Origin: Polymyxa betae A26-41 | Lineage: Eukaryota > Protista > Endomyxa: Phytomyxea | NCBI GenBank assembly: GCA_003693705.1 | Contig: RBZT01000215.1 | Coordinates: forward strand, 62,001 to 126,000 | DNA: 64,000 nt | Direction: 5' to 3' | Shown: positions 25,759 through 37,961 of the stretch, piece after piece | How the letters are laid out: each line of letters opens with the position of its first letter | Numbering within the stretch: the stretch's first letter is position 1 | Notes under the pieces: model-generated | The model's database searches: none | Seen by the model: the letters and a program-made list of their open reading frames with translations, nothing else | Told to the model about the DNA's origin: nothing | Translations under genes and position numbers: made by a program

Positions 25759-28571
25759 ATGTCAACTGCTACAGCTGATATCGATTCGCTCTTGAAAGAG
25801 ACCGACCAATTCTTGACCCAGCATAATTTGGCGAAGCCGACGCCTGCTGAGGCCGCCAATATTGCTACAGATACGGATGACGACGATCCGGTGTCGGGAA
25901 AACAGGTCGATCGTTTGCTGAGGGATACCGATTCCCTGCTTCGGGACATCAGCCAGGTTTCGGCATCGCCACCACCTCCGCCGCCGCCGTTTCACGACGA
26001 TTCCGATGATTCGTTATCGTACCAGAATGTGAAATCGATGCGGTTGTCGTTCGATGAATCGGACAGTGATGTAGCGGCTTTGGCTGAAGAGGTGGAGACA
26101 CGCCCCAGTATTTATGAACCAATCTCTCTTCGCCAAAGTTCAGATTCCATTCTACAAGACACCGATTTATTATCAGGAGAAGGTTCCTGCTATTCGCTGT
26201 ATCAGAATCGTTGTCGGTTGTTGACAGATTGTAGATTTTTCGAATCTGAATCGAGTTCTAACGAGATGCGGGTTTCCTTGCTTCGAAAGCTCGGAGCCGA
26301 CGCGCTCGGAGCTCCACAAGACATTGGTTTCGGTTTTATCACAATACGAAGTCAAAGGCGATCTGATTCAAAATCTGCTTGATCAACAAAGTCGAGTAAT
26401 GTGCCGACTTTTTACATTTCTGATCCTTACTGGCATTTTGTAGGAAAAATCGTCGAACTCCCAAACGGAATATCTCGAGGCCACCAATAAATCCCTGAAT
26501 GCGAAGCTTAAAGAAGCTCATCGTACAATAGAGGTCGAAGTCCTATAATGGGCATTCATCTCCAAACTCTGATTTGCTGATTCTGGCTTAGGCCCTAAGA
26601 GATTCGAACTTGAATCGTGCAGGCCCGGATGCAGATGACCTGGCGGCTAAGAATGAGCTGGCTCGTCTTCGATCGAAGACCCAGTCGCTTAAGTCGAAAA
26701 TCTCGCTACTGGAGAATGAGATTCGTAAGAAAGAATCAGCTTTAGATCAGATGAGAGAAACAATCGCGAAACATAACGCCAAGGTTAGAGAAAACGACTT
26801 CGGGAACTCTGCTTGCATGCTTATGTATGACCCGTAATAGGAGGAGCTCCGTCGGCAACGAGAATCGGATCTTTTCCGAAAGATGTTCGAGCGTGGCGCA
26901 CGACCAAAAGATGCCCGGACTCTTGAGATGATCGGCGCTTTCGAATCACAGCGCACCCGAATGCAGGACGAAATCGATATGCTTTCACGACGTCTTGCCC
27001 ATCTAACTGAGGACGACGTCCGACGAACAGATCATCGTTATGATGAAGAGCTGTAATTCTTTACGCTTACAGAGTTGTGGCGCTCCTGTAACGCGATTTG
27101 ACAGGCGTGGAACGTTGGATCAGCTCAGAGCCGACAATGCCCGATTGAATGAGGAACTCAATGTTCGTCCTACCAAGAAACTATGGGATGACATAAACAA
27201 TGAGCTGAAAGTTGCTAAGGCTCAGCTGGCGGAAGCTCGGAGGTTTGTATCTTGGATGAATATGAACTTCTGTTTAACGTTGTCTCAGCGTGGCAGATGT
27301 CCGGAAACGGCTATCAACTCGTGAGCTGATCGATCGCGATGTTCATCGTAAATCTGTCCGAATTGATGATTTACCGCAAGCGATCTGTGTAGAGATTTTA
27401 CAAGACATCTGTCGAATTCTGGAGCTGGACGATGTCGTGCTGATTACGCCGGCTGTTAAACAGATATGTGCTGCTGTCACCAAGATTCCACTTCTTCAAA
27501 ACGTGAATAAGCTCCGTTTTCTTAGATTTTTTGGTTCAGGCTTGAAATTTCTTGGCCCGTTTTCCCACCAACGTAGGAACTGATTCTAATGTGTAGTTTG
27601 TAAGCGAGATCGTGAAAATATCGGGTCTCGAGGTTGGGGACGAGGTCGCTGTTGTCGCGAATCGAGTCATTCCAGTGATCCGTTCCTGGAAGAAAGATAT
27701 GAGAACGCTGGCACAATTGGAAACGTTCCAGCGAGATCTCTGGCATCGCTTACAAACGCGAAGTAGGACCGCGGTTCCTCGATCGAAGTCAGAGCCTGGA
27801 TCCGAAAGCCAGGTAGGAGGACACCACGAGTCCAATCCAATCTTTATATCTGTTTAGTGTGCTGCGATTTTGGCCGCCGTTGATGAGCTAATTTGCACGG
27901 AAGCTTCCCTTCTCGATACCAGAGAGGCTTATCAGAATCTTGACGAACATCTAAAAGTAGCGTTTTCTTGTGGTCAAAAATGCTACTGCATTTCTGAGTC
28001 TTGCTAGGAGCGACCCGACATTCTGTGCAACAAGATCGTCCAGCATTTCATGCAACTGTTCAATGTGGAATCTATTGAAGGACTACTGCCGGCAATGAGC
28101 AGAATCAGCGTCGATATGGAATCGACTCGAAACTTCCTCAGAGCGGTTCGCTCAATCTTGCGCCTGGATCCGAACGCTTCCGTATCAACCATCATGTCAC
28201 GAATCGAGCGCCTTACTGGCGGTACAGCAGATGGTGATCGTCACGATGAGGCTGATTTCCAGACTGTCGATACCTTGATTCAAGCACGAGGGTTGCTCAG
28301 GGTTGACAAAAATGGTGACGTCCTGGGTGCATGTAGAAAGTAAGCGAATCAGATGGCCGGAATCTTGCTAAAATCGTTTCAGGTTGATGGATAGATGCGC
28401 GTTATACGACAGCCTTTTCCCTCGTGTTGACCGCATGATTAACAGGTTATTCAACATTCTCCATGTCCGACATATGGTAAGCTGCTATTGTCCTGAGTCG
28501 ATCGATACTTTCCTCAAGCATTTTAGGATGAGATTGTGCCCGCTGTACAGAGGCTGGCAATAGCCACCTAA
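25759..28571 (+). CDS. CEP70: CEP70-like centrosomal coiled-coil protein, multi-exon
   Basis: STRELIDRD, EILQDICRILELDD, and IVQHFMQLFNVESIEGLLPAMSRI...NFLRAVRSILRL, matching the CEP70 C-terminal region. Confidence 0.75.
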
Positions 28572-28702
28572 TCTGGACCTGTGCTACCAATCATTGTACA
28601 AACAATAACTTTATTTTAAAAAATGTCTTCAAAATTTATTTAAAAATGCGCATTATTTTCTCTGAGGTAATTGACTTTTTCTTGTCATGTGTTCATTGTT
28701 TT

Positions 28703-31387
28703 ATGGAGCATGGCGATCTTCGGTTTCGTTGGAGATCCGCCGGCCGCGCTGATGGCATTGCTGCCGTATACGCTGGCAGCCATACTGTCACCTACTCCCT
28801 TCTACGATCATATGTCGACGAAGTCGCTTCCTATCTGGCACCATATTCCGGTTGCATCGCCATAGCGTATGATCGCTCTCTTGAAGCCCTCATTACAGCC
28901 CTAGCATGTTTACAATGCGACAATATTTGGTTCACGCCTATCACTGATCGTTGCGACGACGTCCTACGCGAGACCGACCCGATCTTAGTCGTCGCACCTG
29001 CTGATTTCTTTGTTCCCAATTCGTATACACGGGCTACTATCGAATTCATAGACGACCAAGTCCTGATCGTTTCCGACCCGATTACCAAACAATTTGCTGC
29101 GAATGACGATCGATGTTGCTGCTTGTTTACATCGGGATCCGGCAGTGTCCCGAAACGCGCCATCATCCGCTGGACGGCTCTCTCCAATCGATTACGCTGG
29201 ATGTGGACGACCTACCCGTTTCAACCCGGGTCACGTCTTGCATGGACGACCTCTATCACGTTCGTCGATTCGCTCTGGCAGATATTCGGCGCCGTACTGA
29301 CCGGTGCCACAGTGGTTATTATTCCAGCGACTACCTGCCGTGATCTGCGTCTTCTGAATCGGACGATCATCGATCTAAAAGTGACCCATCTTGTATCGAT
29401 ACCGAGCGTTGCTCGTGGTCTGGTCTCCGGCTGCTGGTCGGACCCAGCACAACGTCCCGTCGATCTGCAGCAGATTGTGTGCAGTGGTGAACCGTTAGAG
29501 ACGACCTTGGCCATACAGCTGCGCTGTCTGTTCCCTTCCACCATCTTATTGAACTTGTACGGATGCACTGAAGCCATGGGCGACTCCCTGGTTTTCGAAT
29601 GGTCGCGCTCCTCGATCGTCAATTGGACAGAACCCATCTGCCCTATCGGATATCCGATCCCAGGCAATACCATCACTTTCGACACTGACAACCAGATCGT
29701 GATTTCGGGCCAACAGGTCTGTGCTGGCCCAGTCGCAACAGGGGATATCGGGCGGTGTGATGGCAAGGGCCTGTATCACTATGTAGGACGTGCGAATCGT
29801 TGCATCAAACGTAATGGTCAATGGGTCTCTCTAGACCAAATCGAATCGCGTTTGCATAGCCATGGGCGGGTATGCCAGGCCGTCGTCGTCCACGAGAACC
29901 ACGACGTTCTGGTCGGGGTCGTGCACGCCCCGAGCATGACGACGGCCGAGCTACGCGCTTACTGTGCCACGACGCTGCGACCTTTCGAGATCCCGGACCA
30001 ATGGATCGTGGTGGGAGGCGCCTTGCCTCGGACACCCAGCTGGAAGCCCGATATCCCGAAGATCTGCCAGATGGTGTCGGTGTCGGCGGATCCCCGACAT
30101 CGGGCGAGTACGGTCGCCATCCTCGGCGACGTGCTTTGCAAAACGCTGGGCGTTGATGCAATCGGGGAGCACGACCCGATCTTGGACCGATACGGGCTGG
30201 ATTCGCTACGGGCTACGTTGGCGTTCGGCGTCATCTGTCAGCGGCTGGGATTGGATTCCGCCCTTTTGCGTCCTGCACATCTGGCCACATTCCCGACGTT
30301 AGCCGCGCTCGCAACGTTTGCCGAGACGCAGATGAAGGCATCTCCGCTGCCCAGAAAGCGACATAAGCCGAGCCGTGATATTGCAGGCGCTGCGAAATTG
30401 GTGGCGTTTTGGTCTGTCGATACCGGCTCATGTGTGGATACTGGCCCAGTCCTCCTATCCGACTCGCTATTGGTTGCAGTTTCGCATTCGGGTGCGGTCG
30501 TGGCGATCGCTCTGCATTCCGGCTTCGTCATCTTTACCAATACGTTGCCATCGCGAATCGAAACGTCACCGATGATCTTCAGGAATCGGATCGTGGTCTG
30601 CTGTCGAAATTCGACTGTTTATGGATTGGACAGGGAAGATGGTGCCGTACGTTGGCAGGTCGTACTGCCCGACCAGGTTCGTGCCGTTCCAGTCGCCATC
30701 GATGATCGTCGTCTCGCGCTATCTTGCTATTCTGGTTCACTCTGTATCGTATCTATATCTGATGACGAAGTGGCTGTGTCTGAGGAAATTGATGGAAAGG
30801 GCCCCTTGAGATCGGCACCAGCTTTCGATCAAGCTTCAGACATGCTCGTGATTGCGTCACTGAAAGGAATCGTCTATGGATACAGTCTTGCTACTTCGGA
30901 GCATTGCTGGTCGTATCCTGTCGGATGCCCTGTGTTTGCAGACCCCACCTTATCGGGTGATCATGTTTATATATTAACTGCCCGTGGTGACGTCTTCTGC
31001 CTGTGTTTAAGAGATGGCCGGCCGATCTCGTATATCTTTCTAGATGCACAAATATTCGCCACGCCGACTATTTCTAACGACCTGATTTTAATCGCTACCC
31101 AAAATAGGGGCCTGTTCTGTTATAGTCTATCTCTGAAAGAATGTCATTGGGTCTGGCACCCTTACGGTGTCCAGTATTGTTCGCCCGCGGTTGTTCTTGA
31201 TTGTCTAATCTATATTTGTTCCACGTCTGGCCGAATCGAAGTGTTGCGCTTAAGCAAGACGGTACCCGAATTGCTGACCTTCTACCAGCTATCAGATGAA
31301 TCGTTCGCTACCCCGGTTGTTCACGATGACTTTTTATTGATCGGATGTCGTGATGATCATATCCATTGTTTGAGATTACAATCATGA
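28703..31387 (+). CDS. AASDH: NRPS-like adenylation-thiolation-PQQ propeller enzyme (AASDH/ACSF4, plant AAE19-like), intronless
   Basis: LFTSGS..PK, NRLRWMW, FVDS, SGEPL, NLYGCTE, TGDIG, GR...IKRNG, carrier motif GLDSL (Ser codon 30203-30205), and C-terminal PQQ-type repeats ending IGCRDDHIHCL. Confidence 0.88.
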   Translation: MEHGDLRFRWRSAGRADGIAAVYAGSHTVTYSLLRSYVDEVASYLAPYSGCIAIAYDRSLEALITALACLQCDNIWFTPITDRCDDVLRETDPILVVAPADFFVPNSYTRATIEFIDDQVLIVSDPITKQFAANDDRCCCLFTSGSGSVPKRAIIRWTALSNRLRWMWTTYPFQPGSRLAWTTSITFVDSLWQIFGAVLTGATVVIIPATTCRDLRLLNRTIIDLKVTHLVSIPSVARGLVSGCWSDPAQRPVDLQQIVCSGEPLETTLAIQLRCLFPSTILLNLYGCTEAMGDSLVFEWSRSSIVNWTEPICPIGYPIPGNTITFDTDNQIVISGQQVCAGPVATGDIGRCDGKGLYHYVGRANRCIKRNGQWVSLDQIESRLHSHGRVCQAVVVHENHDVLVGVVHAPSMTTAELRAYCATTLRPFEIPDQWIVVGGALPRTPSWKPDIPKICQMVSVSADPRHRASTVAILGDVLCKTLGVDAIGEHDPILDRYGLDSLRATLAFGVICQRLGLDSALLRPAHLATFPTLAALATFAETQMKASPLPRKRHKPSRDIAGAAKLVAFWSVDTGSCVDTGPVLLSDSLLVAVSHSGAVVAIALHSGFVIFTNTLPSRIETSPMIFRNRIVVCCRNSTVYGLDREDGAVRWQVVLPDQVRAVPVAIDDRRLALSCYSGSLCIVSISDDEVAVSEEIDGKGPLRSAPAFDQASDMLVIASLKGIVYGYSLATSEHCWSYPVGCPVFADPTLSGDHVYILTARGDVFCLCLRDGRPISYIFLDAQIFATPTISNDLILIATQNRGLFCYSLSLKECHWVWHPYGVQYCSPAVVLDCLIYICSTSGRIEVLRLSKTVPELLTFYQLSDESFATPVVHDDFLLIGCRDDHIHCLRLQS

Positions 31388-31552
31388 TACGTACCTAATC
31401 TTCAAGATCATGATCAAGAGGAGTCAAATATGTTCCTTGCAAAGATCGTAATAAGATTGATGCCGCTCATGCATTTTATGGCTCGCACAATGAATCAGTC
31501 CAAATCATCACAACCAGCGCGTGCCCGTCATATGGTACATTCTTTATTACAT

Positions 31553-32979
31553 TCACTTTTTGCCTGTGAAGTCGGCTTGGCTTTGTGAAAAAAGCGACTT
31601 TAATGCTTGGTTTTTCGATAAGCAACTGCGAAGCCTTTCGTATGTCTGCTCTGAATCGTCTTCGGTTCCCGATTCCAATTTTTGCATCAAGGCGTCGGCA
31701 TCGTCTTTGCAAACAATGGAGCCCATGCAGTAGTTTAGTGCCATTGCAGATTTAGCATGTTTTATAGGATCATCAGCAGTATTCATGAACTGCAACAAAG
31801 CGGATCCACATCGCGATTTTACCTAAAAACAAACTCAGTACAACAATAAAGTTGACACCAGTGCATACCAGTTTTCGAATATCGTCATCGGAAGGGTCTC
31901 GAGGAATATTCGAGTGATCTTCTACCGGATCCAGGGTTTCTCCAGTATTTGAAAATAGGTTCTGGACGCGATCCATACAGCTCTCGAAAGAATCCAGAGC
32001 CGGTCGAACATCGATTTTGATGGACTGAACACTAACTGTGTCATGAAGGCCAGGAACTTTGTCTTTCTGCACTCCACTTTCATCGTGATAATAATCAAGA
32101 ACATATCGAACCTCCTGTCCTGAATGAAAAGTCAAAAATCAATTCTCTTTTTGACATTCTAAAATGCTACCACATCGATCAACAATCCAATCGTGCCGGT
32201 CAAACGGAACGCCATATCCAAGCTTGCTTTTAATCCAGGCTTTTGGTGTCAGCTGATCAGGCCTTCCCATAAAACGGAGCAGAGTCGGATTAGGACACGA
32301 TTTGCACTTCTCTAATGCCAATAAGTTTCTATCGCGTCCCCTATCAAGATGTACAGGTACCCCATTGAAGCAACTGGCGCCACCTACAGGACCACAGATG
32401 AATCATACAGACTAACAATAAGACTCTCATTGCTTACGTTCTCTCATTCATATTGTTGTGAATAGCAACGACCTTATAACAGTTCACAAATAGATATCAA
32501 AACGTATGTCATATTAGTCGGCGTACCGTATCTACTTCTTTCTCTGCGACATCTTCAGCCTTCCCTTTACGTACCAGAGCATTATAAAACATTTGTGGTG
32601 ATGGGTCTAAGATGAACATTTTAGCAAGCATTTAAGCCATTGGAATGTTCGTAGTACAAAGCCAGGTGTTATCAGTTCCTCCTTTCGGGATCGTGGACTG
32701 AATTCGATCGGTAGACAGCGGGGCTTTCTGCCCTGGAGCTGGATTCTGATTCGGATTGACAGCCATTTGATTAGCAGGGTCGATTCGTTCCCCATATACA
32801 TTGTATACATGCGGGTGCCGATATTTAGCCCGAGTCTTCTCATCGACCGGGCAGCCAGAAGCCTCAGCATGGTTTACTGGACAGCCAGACAGCTTTGAAT
32901 CGGCCGGCGTGGACGCGTTGGCATCAGGCGTAATCGGGCAAGCCGAGGCACTTTTGGCATCTTGCTGAGTCTCTCCCAT
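31553..32979 (-). CDS. HCCS: Holocytochrome c synthase (cytochrome c heme lyase), multi-exon, with C-terminal extension
   Basis: CPI/CPV heme-regulatory motifs, [66 protein letters not shown]. Confidence 0.93.
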
Positions 32980-33365
32980 CGCTATTGTACAGGGAGGCAG
33001 AGACGACTGTGGGGCACTGGCCTCGTAACGATCACGCACTCGCGACCCGTCGCTGTCCAAATCGTATCCCCCCACATTTTGGCACTTGCACTCAGGGCCC
33101 CACATTTCATTCATTCAGTCGTCGCTGTCATCTGCACAGGAAGCAAGCTATCAAACTGCATGATGAGAACAATCTCAACTCATCCCTCCACATTTCCTCA
33201 CAGGTAACGTTACCCTCAAGTCTGATTCGCAGACGTGATCCTACCGAGCGCAATTTCAAAGGCTTTCATTTCTGCTGTCACCTTTCTCCCTCTTTCTCGA
33301 GCTCTATCCTTCTCTCTAACTCTCATCACAATCTATATTACTATATTGGATTATTGGTGTCGATG

Positions 33366-34423
33366 TCAGGCTCCAGCAGTTATGTCAATTCCAGTCTCTG
33401 GATGCAGATGGTCGATGAGCATGGCGAAATGGGCATCCAGACTTGGTGAGCCATCAGCGAAATGGTATCTTACCGCCAGATGTGAATGTGATAAATATGG
33501 CCGTAAAATCCTAACGAACTTTTGACGTTCCCTGATAATACTGGGCCGAACTGCTAGATTTCAGCAAAGAAGCAAAGATCGACGAGAGCTTCTACATACA
33601 GGGATTCTTCCACTGGAATGGCGAGCCAGCAATTAACAACTTGACAGAGTGCGATCGAGCCACTTCTGCAAATTTCTTTGATGCTATTTCGTCCAAAGGG
33701 AAGGCCCCGGCTCCAGGGCTGTTGCCAGTATCGATCCAGCGAACTTCATCAACTCGGGACCAAACATTGTCGTGCTTCTGTCGGGCTAGTTCCGTTATCA
33801 TCTGTATGATAGGTCAGGCTGAGGATGAAGACAAACTCAGTGTTCTGCCTGATTTATGACGACACCACCTCGCGAGAACCCAGCAAGAACAAGTCTTGGT
33901 ACGGCATCCATCTTAAGTTTTTCACTGATATTCTCCAGCAGGCTATATAAATGTTCCTGTGAGCCATCAGATCGAATCAACAGCATCACACGCTCTTTCA
34001 TACGGTGGCATGGCCATCTGATCGGTAAGGTGCATCACCGCTATTAGGGGCGGCACTCACAAAATTTGAAAACCAAGCCGTGTCTCCGAAGTGCTTCGCC
34101 GGTCTCACAACGATCGCGGAACTCACAGAGCGATCGTGCTTCAAAAGCGAAGCGACCGTTTTCTCGAATGAGAACTCCCGCAACTGGCTCGGCATCTGAC
34201 TCTCCTCGTCCATGATATCGCCAGGAAACAGGACCGCCATTCGGGTTCGCTCCCGGTCTGGGTCGATAGCACAGCAAACCGTGTTCCTGCAGCGATCCAG
34301 GCCAGCGACGTCTCGTAGCCAGATGACGTCCTGCTGTTTAGTCATGATTCGTCCAATATTAGTGCTGAATGGCGCTGCGGAGGGGCTGCTCGACGTTAAG
34401 ATGTTCAACCGAGCTCGTAACAT
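33366..34423 (-). CDS. C2orf69/UPF0565-like mitochondrial alpha/beta-hydrolase-fold protein, multi-exon
   Basis: VLFPGD, FSNFV, LAGFSRGGVVINQ, WIDTG, GSPFQW...RP...E..KF and SLDAHF. The Arg/Ser-rich N-terminus resembles a presequence. Confidence 0.8.
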
Positions 34424-34640
34424 GCATGAACGATTTCGGACCGAGATCAAGTGTCATGGTTGGTGTCATTGCGAATTTTGAAATTATTTCGATCGGCAAT
34501 AGCGGCGATTTATTCACGGCAAGTCGGCAACTATCAGATGATGGTTATGTGCCCCCATTCGGTCGATCTCTATTGTTCGCGTCATGGATTATAGGTTTGA
34601 AAATGGCACGCGACCCATATCTTTATACGTGCGATTCTTA

Positions 34641-36470
34641 ATGGCTGCACGAGACCCGGCCTCGTTGGTCGCGGCCGTCAAGCACGATGACGGCAATGGC
34701 GTTGCCCAGATCCCGTCGAATTTATCCTCAATGACTGCCGATCAGATCTGTGATTCGCTGCTTGCTAGTGAAGAAATCTATGTACAAGATTGCCTTCGAG
34801 TCCTGTCTGAACAGTTCGAAAAGCGACTGCGTTGTCACAATGCGATGAGTTGCTCAATTTTAAGCGATGTCGAGATTGAAAGCATATTCTTGAACATTAC
34901 TGGGATTTATGCGGTCAATCATCGTTTATATCGCGATCTGTTAGCAGCTCGGTTGAGTGGCAATCTGCCCGAACAATTCGGGAAAATTATGACACAAATG
35001 ATCCCCTATTTCAAACTTTATGCCAACTACATCAACAAACAGAAAACAGCGGTTCAGATGTTGAATCAGCTACGAAAGCGAAAAGGCAAATTCGACGAAT
35101 TTTTATCGATCAGCGAGAAGTGTGCGGGTAATCGGCCTGTTAACAAAATAATGGAAGGTCCCCTGTTTCGCCTTCCACAATATATTGTCTTTCTGGCAAC
35201 ATTGCTAAGGAAATTGACGGACGGTAGCGAAGCGAAAAAGGAGGTCTTGAACGCCATTCATGCAATCCACCAGGTACCCATACCCAACTTTAGAGGAATC
35301 TAGAATCCCAGCTTGAGTGAAGTTCAGGTGGCTGATCATGTCTCGAACAATCTTAGGGACGATGCGCAGAGGCGACAAGTCGTCAAATTTCAAGAAAAAT
35401 TGTTTAAAGGCGGCGTTGCCTTAGTGACACCATCTCGACTCGTTCTGAAATTCGGTGAATTGCACAAAGTGTTTCAAAAAAAGTCGCTTATGCATCAGTC
35501 CAAGCGGTACCTATTCATTCTGTTTAACGACATGCTCCTCTATGCATCCTTGAAAACGGCAGTTCAGTCAGCGAAAGTCAAACACGTCCTGCAACTAAAA
35601 GGCATGACAGTAGCTGATCTGCCCGAGAAACAAAATTTCCCTGTTCACAATGCGTTTTATGTAAATTCGCCGGTAAAAAAACTGATCCTGGTCGCTAAAT
35701 CGGCTCAAGAAAAATCTGAATGGGTGGATGCTATCAGCAAGGCGATTATCAACTGTAATACGTTGCAATCGGAACTGGTCGGGCAACCAATACCTGCTGA
35801 TGAGATTGAATTTGAAAAAATGATCTTCAAGAAGAAGTATCGAACGATTATTCAGAAAGGGAATGGATTGCGAGAACGTCGTGTGCAGAGTATGATTGAT
35901 GCCGTTGAGCTATCGGATTCAATCAGTATTCGGCCTATACCCGACATCGTTGTGATCCACGAGTCGCCTGCACATCAGGCAGTGCCAAATTCAACCTTAA
36001 TCGCGGACAATGTGCTGCTTAACAAACGATCGACTATCCCAGAAATTCCTCAGATTCAAAATAGCGATGGTGATCTACCAGAGGCGGATTCTGATGACGA
36101 TACGGTCGCCAACGATGACGCAGGCGGCAAGCCAGCGGTTCCGGATGAACTGGCGATCCCTGTAGCGCCAATTCCACCTCCAGTCGACCGTCAAGTTTCC
36201 AGTCAGAGAAGGAACTCGGCTCCTGAGCGACCACCATCCAGAAGGAGCGCCTCCGCTAGTGCGCCACCACCAAAAGCCGCTCCAATGCAGTTCCTGGACG
36301 AAATTCGAGCAGGAAAGGAATTGCGGAAAGTCGAGCCAAATGCCAACCGGTCGCGACTGTCGGAATTTGAATCCGATCTGCACGCACAGCTCCAGTTCTC
36401 GCTGGAAAGGTATAGGAAATTCGTCCAGCATGACGACGACGACCTGTCGGATTCCAGATCCTGGGATTAA
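34641..36470 (+). CDS. DH-PH RhoGEF with Pro-rich linker and C-terminal WH2-Central-Acidic (WCA) tail (2 exons; intron 35274-35327)
   Basis: DH: LLASEEIYV, IFLNI, FKLYANY, PLFRLPQY. PH: LKFGELHK, RYLFILFNDMLLY, SAQEKSEWVDAI. Tail: FLDEIRAGKELRKV...DLHAQLQFSLERYRKFV...DDDDLSDSRSWD*. Confidence 0.85.
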
Positions 36471-36499
36471 TAATTCAGTTAAGTACATATATATAGCAG

Positions 36500-37441
36500 T
36501 TAGAGAATGCCAGGTTGACTTAGTTGCACCAAATGGATTTGTAAGCTCCGTTCAGCGCTCTCCAACAGAGTCAACGTTTTGATTAGAGTCTCGGCTTTCA
36601 GCAATCCAGAATCTTGTTCTAGAGCGATCTTCGTTAGTTCATCCAAAGCCTGAGATAATGCTGCAAAACTTCTTGCGGAATTACTCATGCTCGCCACGAT
36701 TTTTTCTAACGCTTGTCGACATGACTGTAAGGATCTCAACAGAACAACATCAGAGTCCCAGCATACGCCTGAAGCTGGTAGCTGTAGCGAAAATTTCTCT
36801 AAAGCAACGGCCAACTGCCCATTCTGTTCGCTTGCGATTTTCAGATTGGAGAGTGTCTTAGTCAAGGCTCCATGGCATCCCAGAACATCATCAACAGCTT
36901 TATACACTTGTTTCCTCTGCAATGCCAGCCGGATGTTTACAGTCGATTTCATCAATGCATCGACAGCCGAAGCGACACAACCCGCCCAATTCTCGAATCG
37001 CTGCTCTGATTTGCGGAAATTCTGTTCAAGCAAGGCACGGGTGTAGGCTGCCTGAATAATTGTGTTCGCCAACGCCTGAGCTTTGCGCATTAAATGCGAA
37101 CGAGAACTTGCTTTGTCTGAAGCTGCCAGTGTTGTAGTAGAAATAGACGATTTCAAGTCAGAAGCAGATGGACGACCTGGCGTCTTTCTTGACTTCGCAA
37201 CTGAAGGCGTTTTGGTTTTAGCAATCGATGGTGTCTTGGCCGAAGTGTGGCCGCCTTTCGATTTAGACACTGATTGCGTCTTGGACTTGGCAATAGATGA
37301 AGCCCTTGTCGTGGTTTTCGGTGTCTTTGCTAGCGATTGTCGCCTAGGCGTTTTCTCACCGGATTCAACAGGACGTTGCTTTGTTATCGATGTTAGATAA
37401 CGAGATTTCACTGTAATTTGGTCAGCTTTAACTACTTCCAT
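36500..37441 (-). CDS. Augmin subunit HAUS8/AUG8 (QWRF-family-like), intronless
   Basis: N-terminal VKSRYL, a basic S/T/K-rich region, and a helical C-domain with QLP and ERSLQIHLVQ. Confidence 0.72.
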   Translation of the reverse strand: MEVVKADQITVKSRYLTSITKQRPVESGEKTPRRQSLAKTPKTTTRASSIAKSKTQSVSKSKGGHTSAKTPSIAKTKTPSVAKSRKTPGRPSASDLKSSISTTTLAASDKASSRSHLMRKAQALANTIIQAAYTRALLEQNFRKSEQRFENWAGCVASAVDALMKSTVNIRLALQRKQVYKAVDDVLGCHGALTKTLSNLKIASEQNGQLAVALEKFSLQLPASGVCWDSDVVLLRSLQSCRQALEKIVASMSNSARSFAALSQALDELTKIALEQDSGLLKAETLIKTLTLLESAERSLQIHLVQLSQPGIL

Positions 37442-37961
37442 AGCGATGACGAACCTTTCACAACCCGACGAGACGATTTCGGCGCCGGCTGTGACGCCTT
37501 CGCTCGTCCGGGTGTTTCGAATGCCAACCGAATTGGTTGCAATGGCGCCCGGCCAACCGACATGCATGGGCTGGACATGGCTGGGCTTTGATCTTCATGA
37601 GAAGCAGCACCTTGAGCAAATGGCGTCATGTCGACTGTCATGGGCGCACATTACAGTGTAGTGGAGGCGCCCCTGTTTCAACACAATAAAACGTTGAAGA
37701 CAGATTTAGAGCCTTCAACAAGCCTATCTCTGTACATACATCCATAATTGTAATCCCATAAGCACGTAGATCCATAACACGTAATTACGTTGATTCATGG
37801 GGAGATAATTCTGGAACGGAGAAATCCAGAAGCGCCATTTTCATGAATAAGAACAGTTCTGCAGATGACGATACGACTTTTATTGCTTAAATAAATACTG
37901 CTGGTTGCACAAAGAAAAAAGATTAACTTGATAAATATGGTTGGATACATATGACGATAAA

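Noticed and set aside
29094-30809. Many alternative-frame and antisense ORFs inside the AASDH-like gene (also within RPF1 and tubulin)
   Set aside because: These are shadow ORFs expected from GC-rich codon usage, with no domain signal.
12418-31387. AcpS plus the NRPS-like gene as a biosynthetic cluster
   Set aside because: They are 16 kb apart with unrelated housekeeping genes between them. AcpS-type enzymes normally prime mitochondrial ACP, while Sfp-type enzymes prime NRPS carriers.
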